A model generated the notes under the pieces. It made no database searches. It saw only the letters and a program-made list of their open reading frames with translations, and had not been told where the DNA came from. From Abditibacteriaceae bacterium (GTDB taxonomy: Bacteria; Armatimonadota; Abditibacteriia; Abditibacteriales; Abditibacteriaceae), in the NCBI GenBank assembly GCA_031372065.1, contig JANMKN010000289.1:1-13028 (forward strand): 13,028 nucleotides of DNA. The letters are read 5' to 3'. Both the position numbers and the translations under genes were made by a program. Positions 13,002 through 13,028 of this stretch are shown here, piece after piece (within the stretch, counting starts at the first letter, position 1; the number at the start of each line of letters is the position of its first letter).

Positions 13002-13028
13002 AACTTGGCCTTTCTCAAACTTTCGATG

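Larger units (their letters stand above)
1..13028 (-). mobile_element. Segment of a tailed phage / prophage genome (head morphogenesis module)
   Basis: Portal, MuF-like and polyvalent proteins in one co-oriented block. No host genes, integrase or att sites are visible, so free phage and prophage cannot be distinguished. Confidence 0.85.

Noticed and set aside
1..13028. CRISPR array, intein or group I/II intron, integrase or att site
   Set aside because: No regularly spaced repeats were seen. Helicase and portal motifs are contiguous without intein-type or LAGLIDADG blocks, and no recombinase is present.

Overview
This window is a phage or prophage virion head module, with all real protein genes on the minus strand. 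In transcription order it holds two small hypothetical genes, a ~777-aa portal protein, a small membrane protein, a MuF/SPP1-gp7-like head morphogenesis protein, a 769-aa polyvalent protein and a giant SNF2/SF2 helicase. The polyvalent protein has an ECF-sigma-like middle region and a C-terminal PBECR2-like (Barnase-EndoU-ColicinE5/D-RelE) RNase domain. The helicase gene (>1874 aa, start at 5624) runs off the left end and is missing from the ORF track. The most interesting part is the 300-bp gap after the nuclease gene. It holds no immunity ORF, but has a plus-strand transcription unit: a perfect extended -10 (TGCTATAAT), ~210 nt of stacked hairpins and an intrinsic terminator overlapping the nuclease stop codon, making it a candidate RNA antitoxin. 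A conserved terminator-like leader (AGGCCA..AGAGCCGC..CTTG..GCGG-T-run) precedes both the portal and helicase genes. [L/F]xK[S/A] motifs recur at domain borders in all four large proteins and are candidate prohead-protease sites. All family calls come from motif recognition by eye; no database searches were run.
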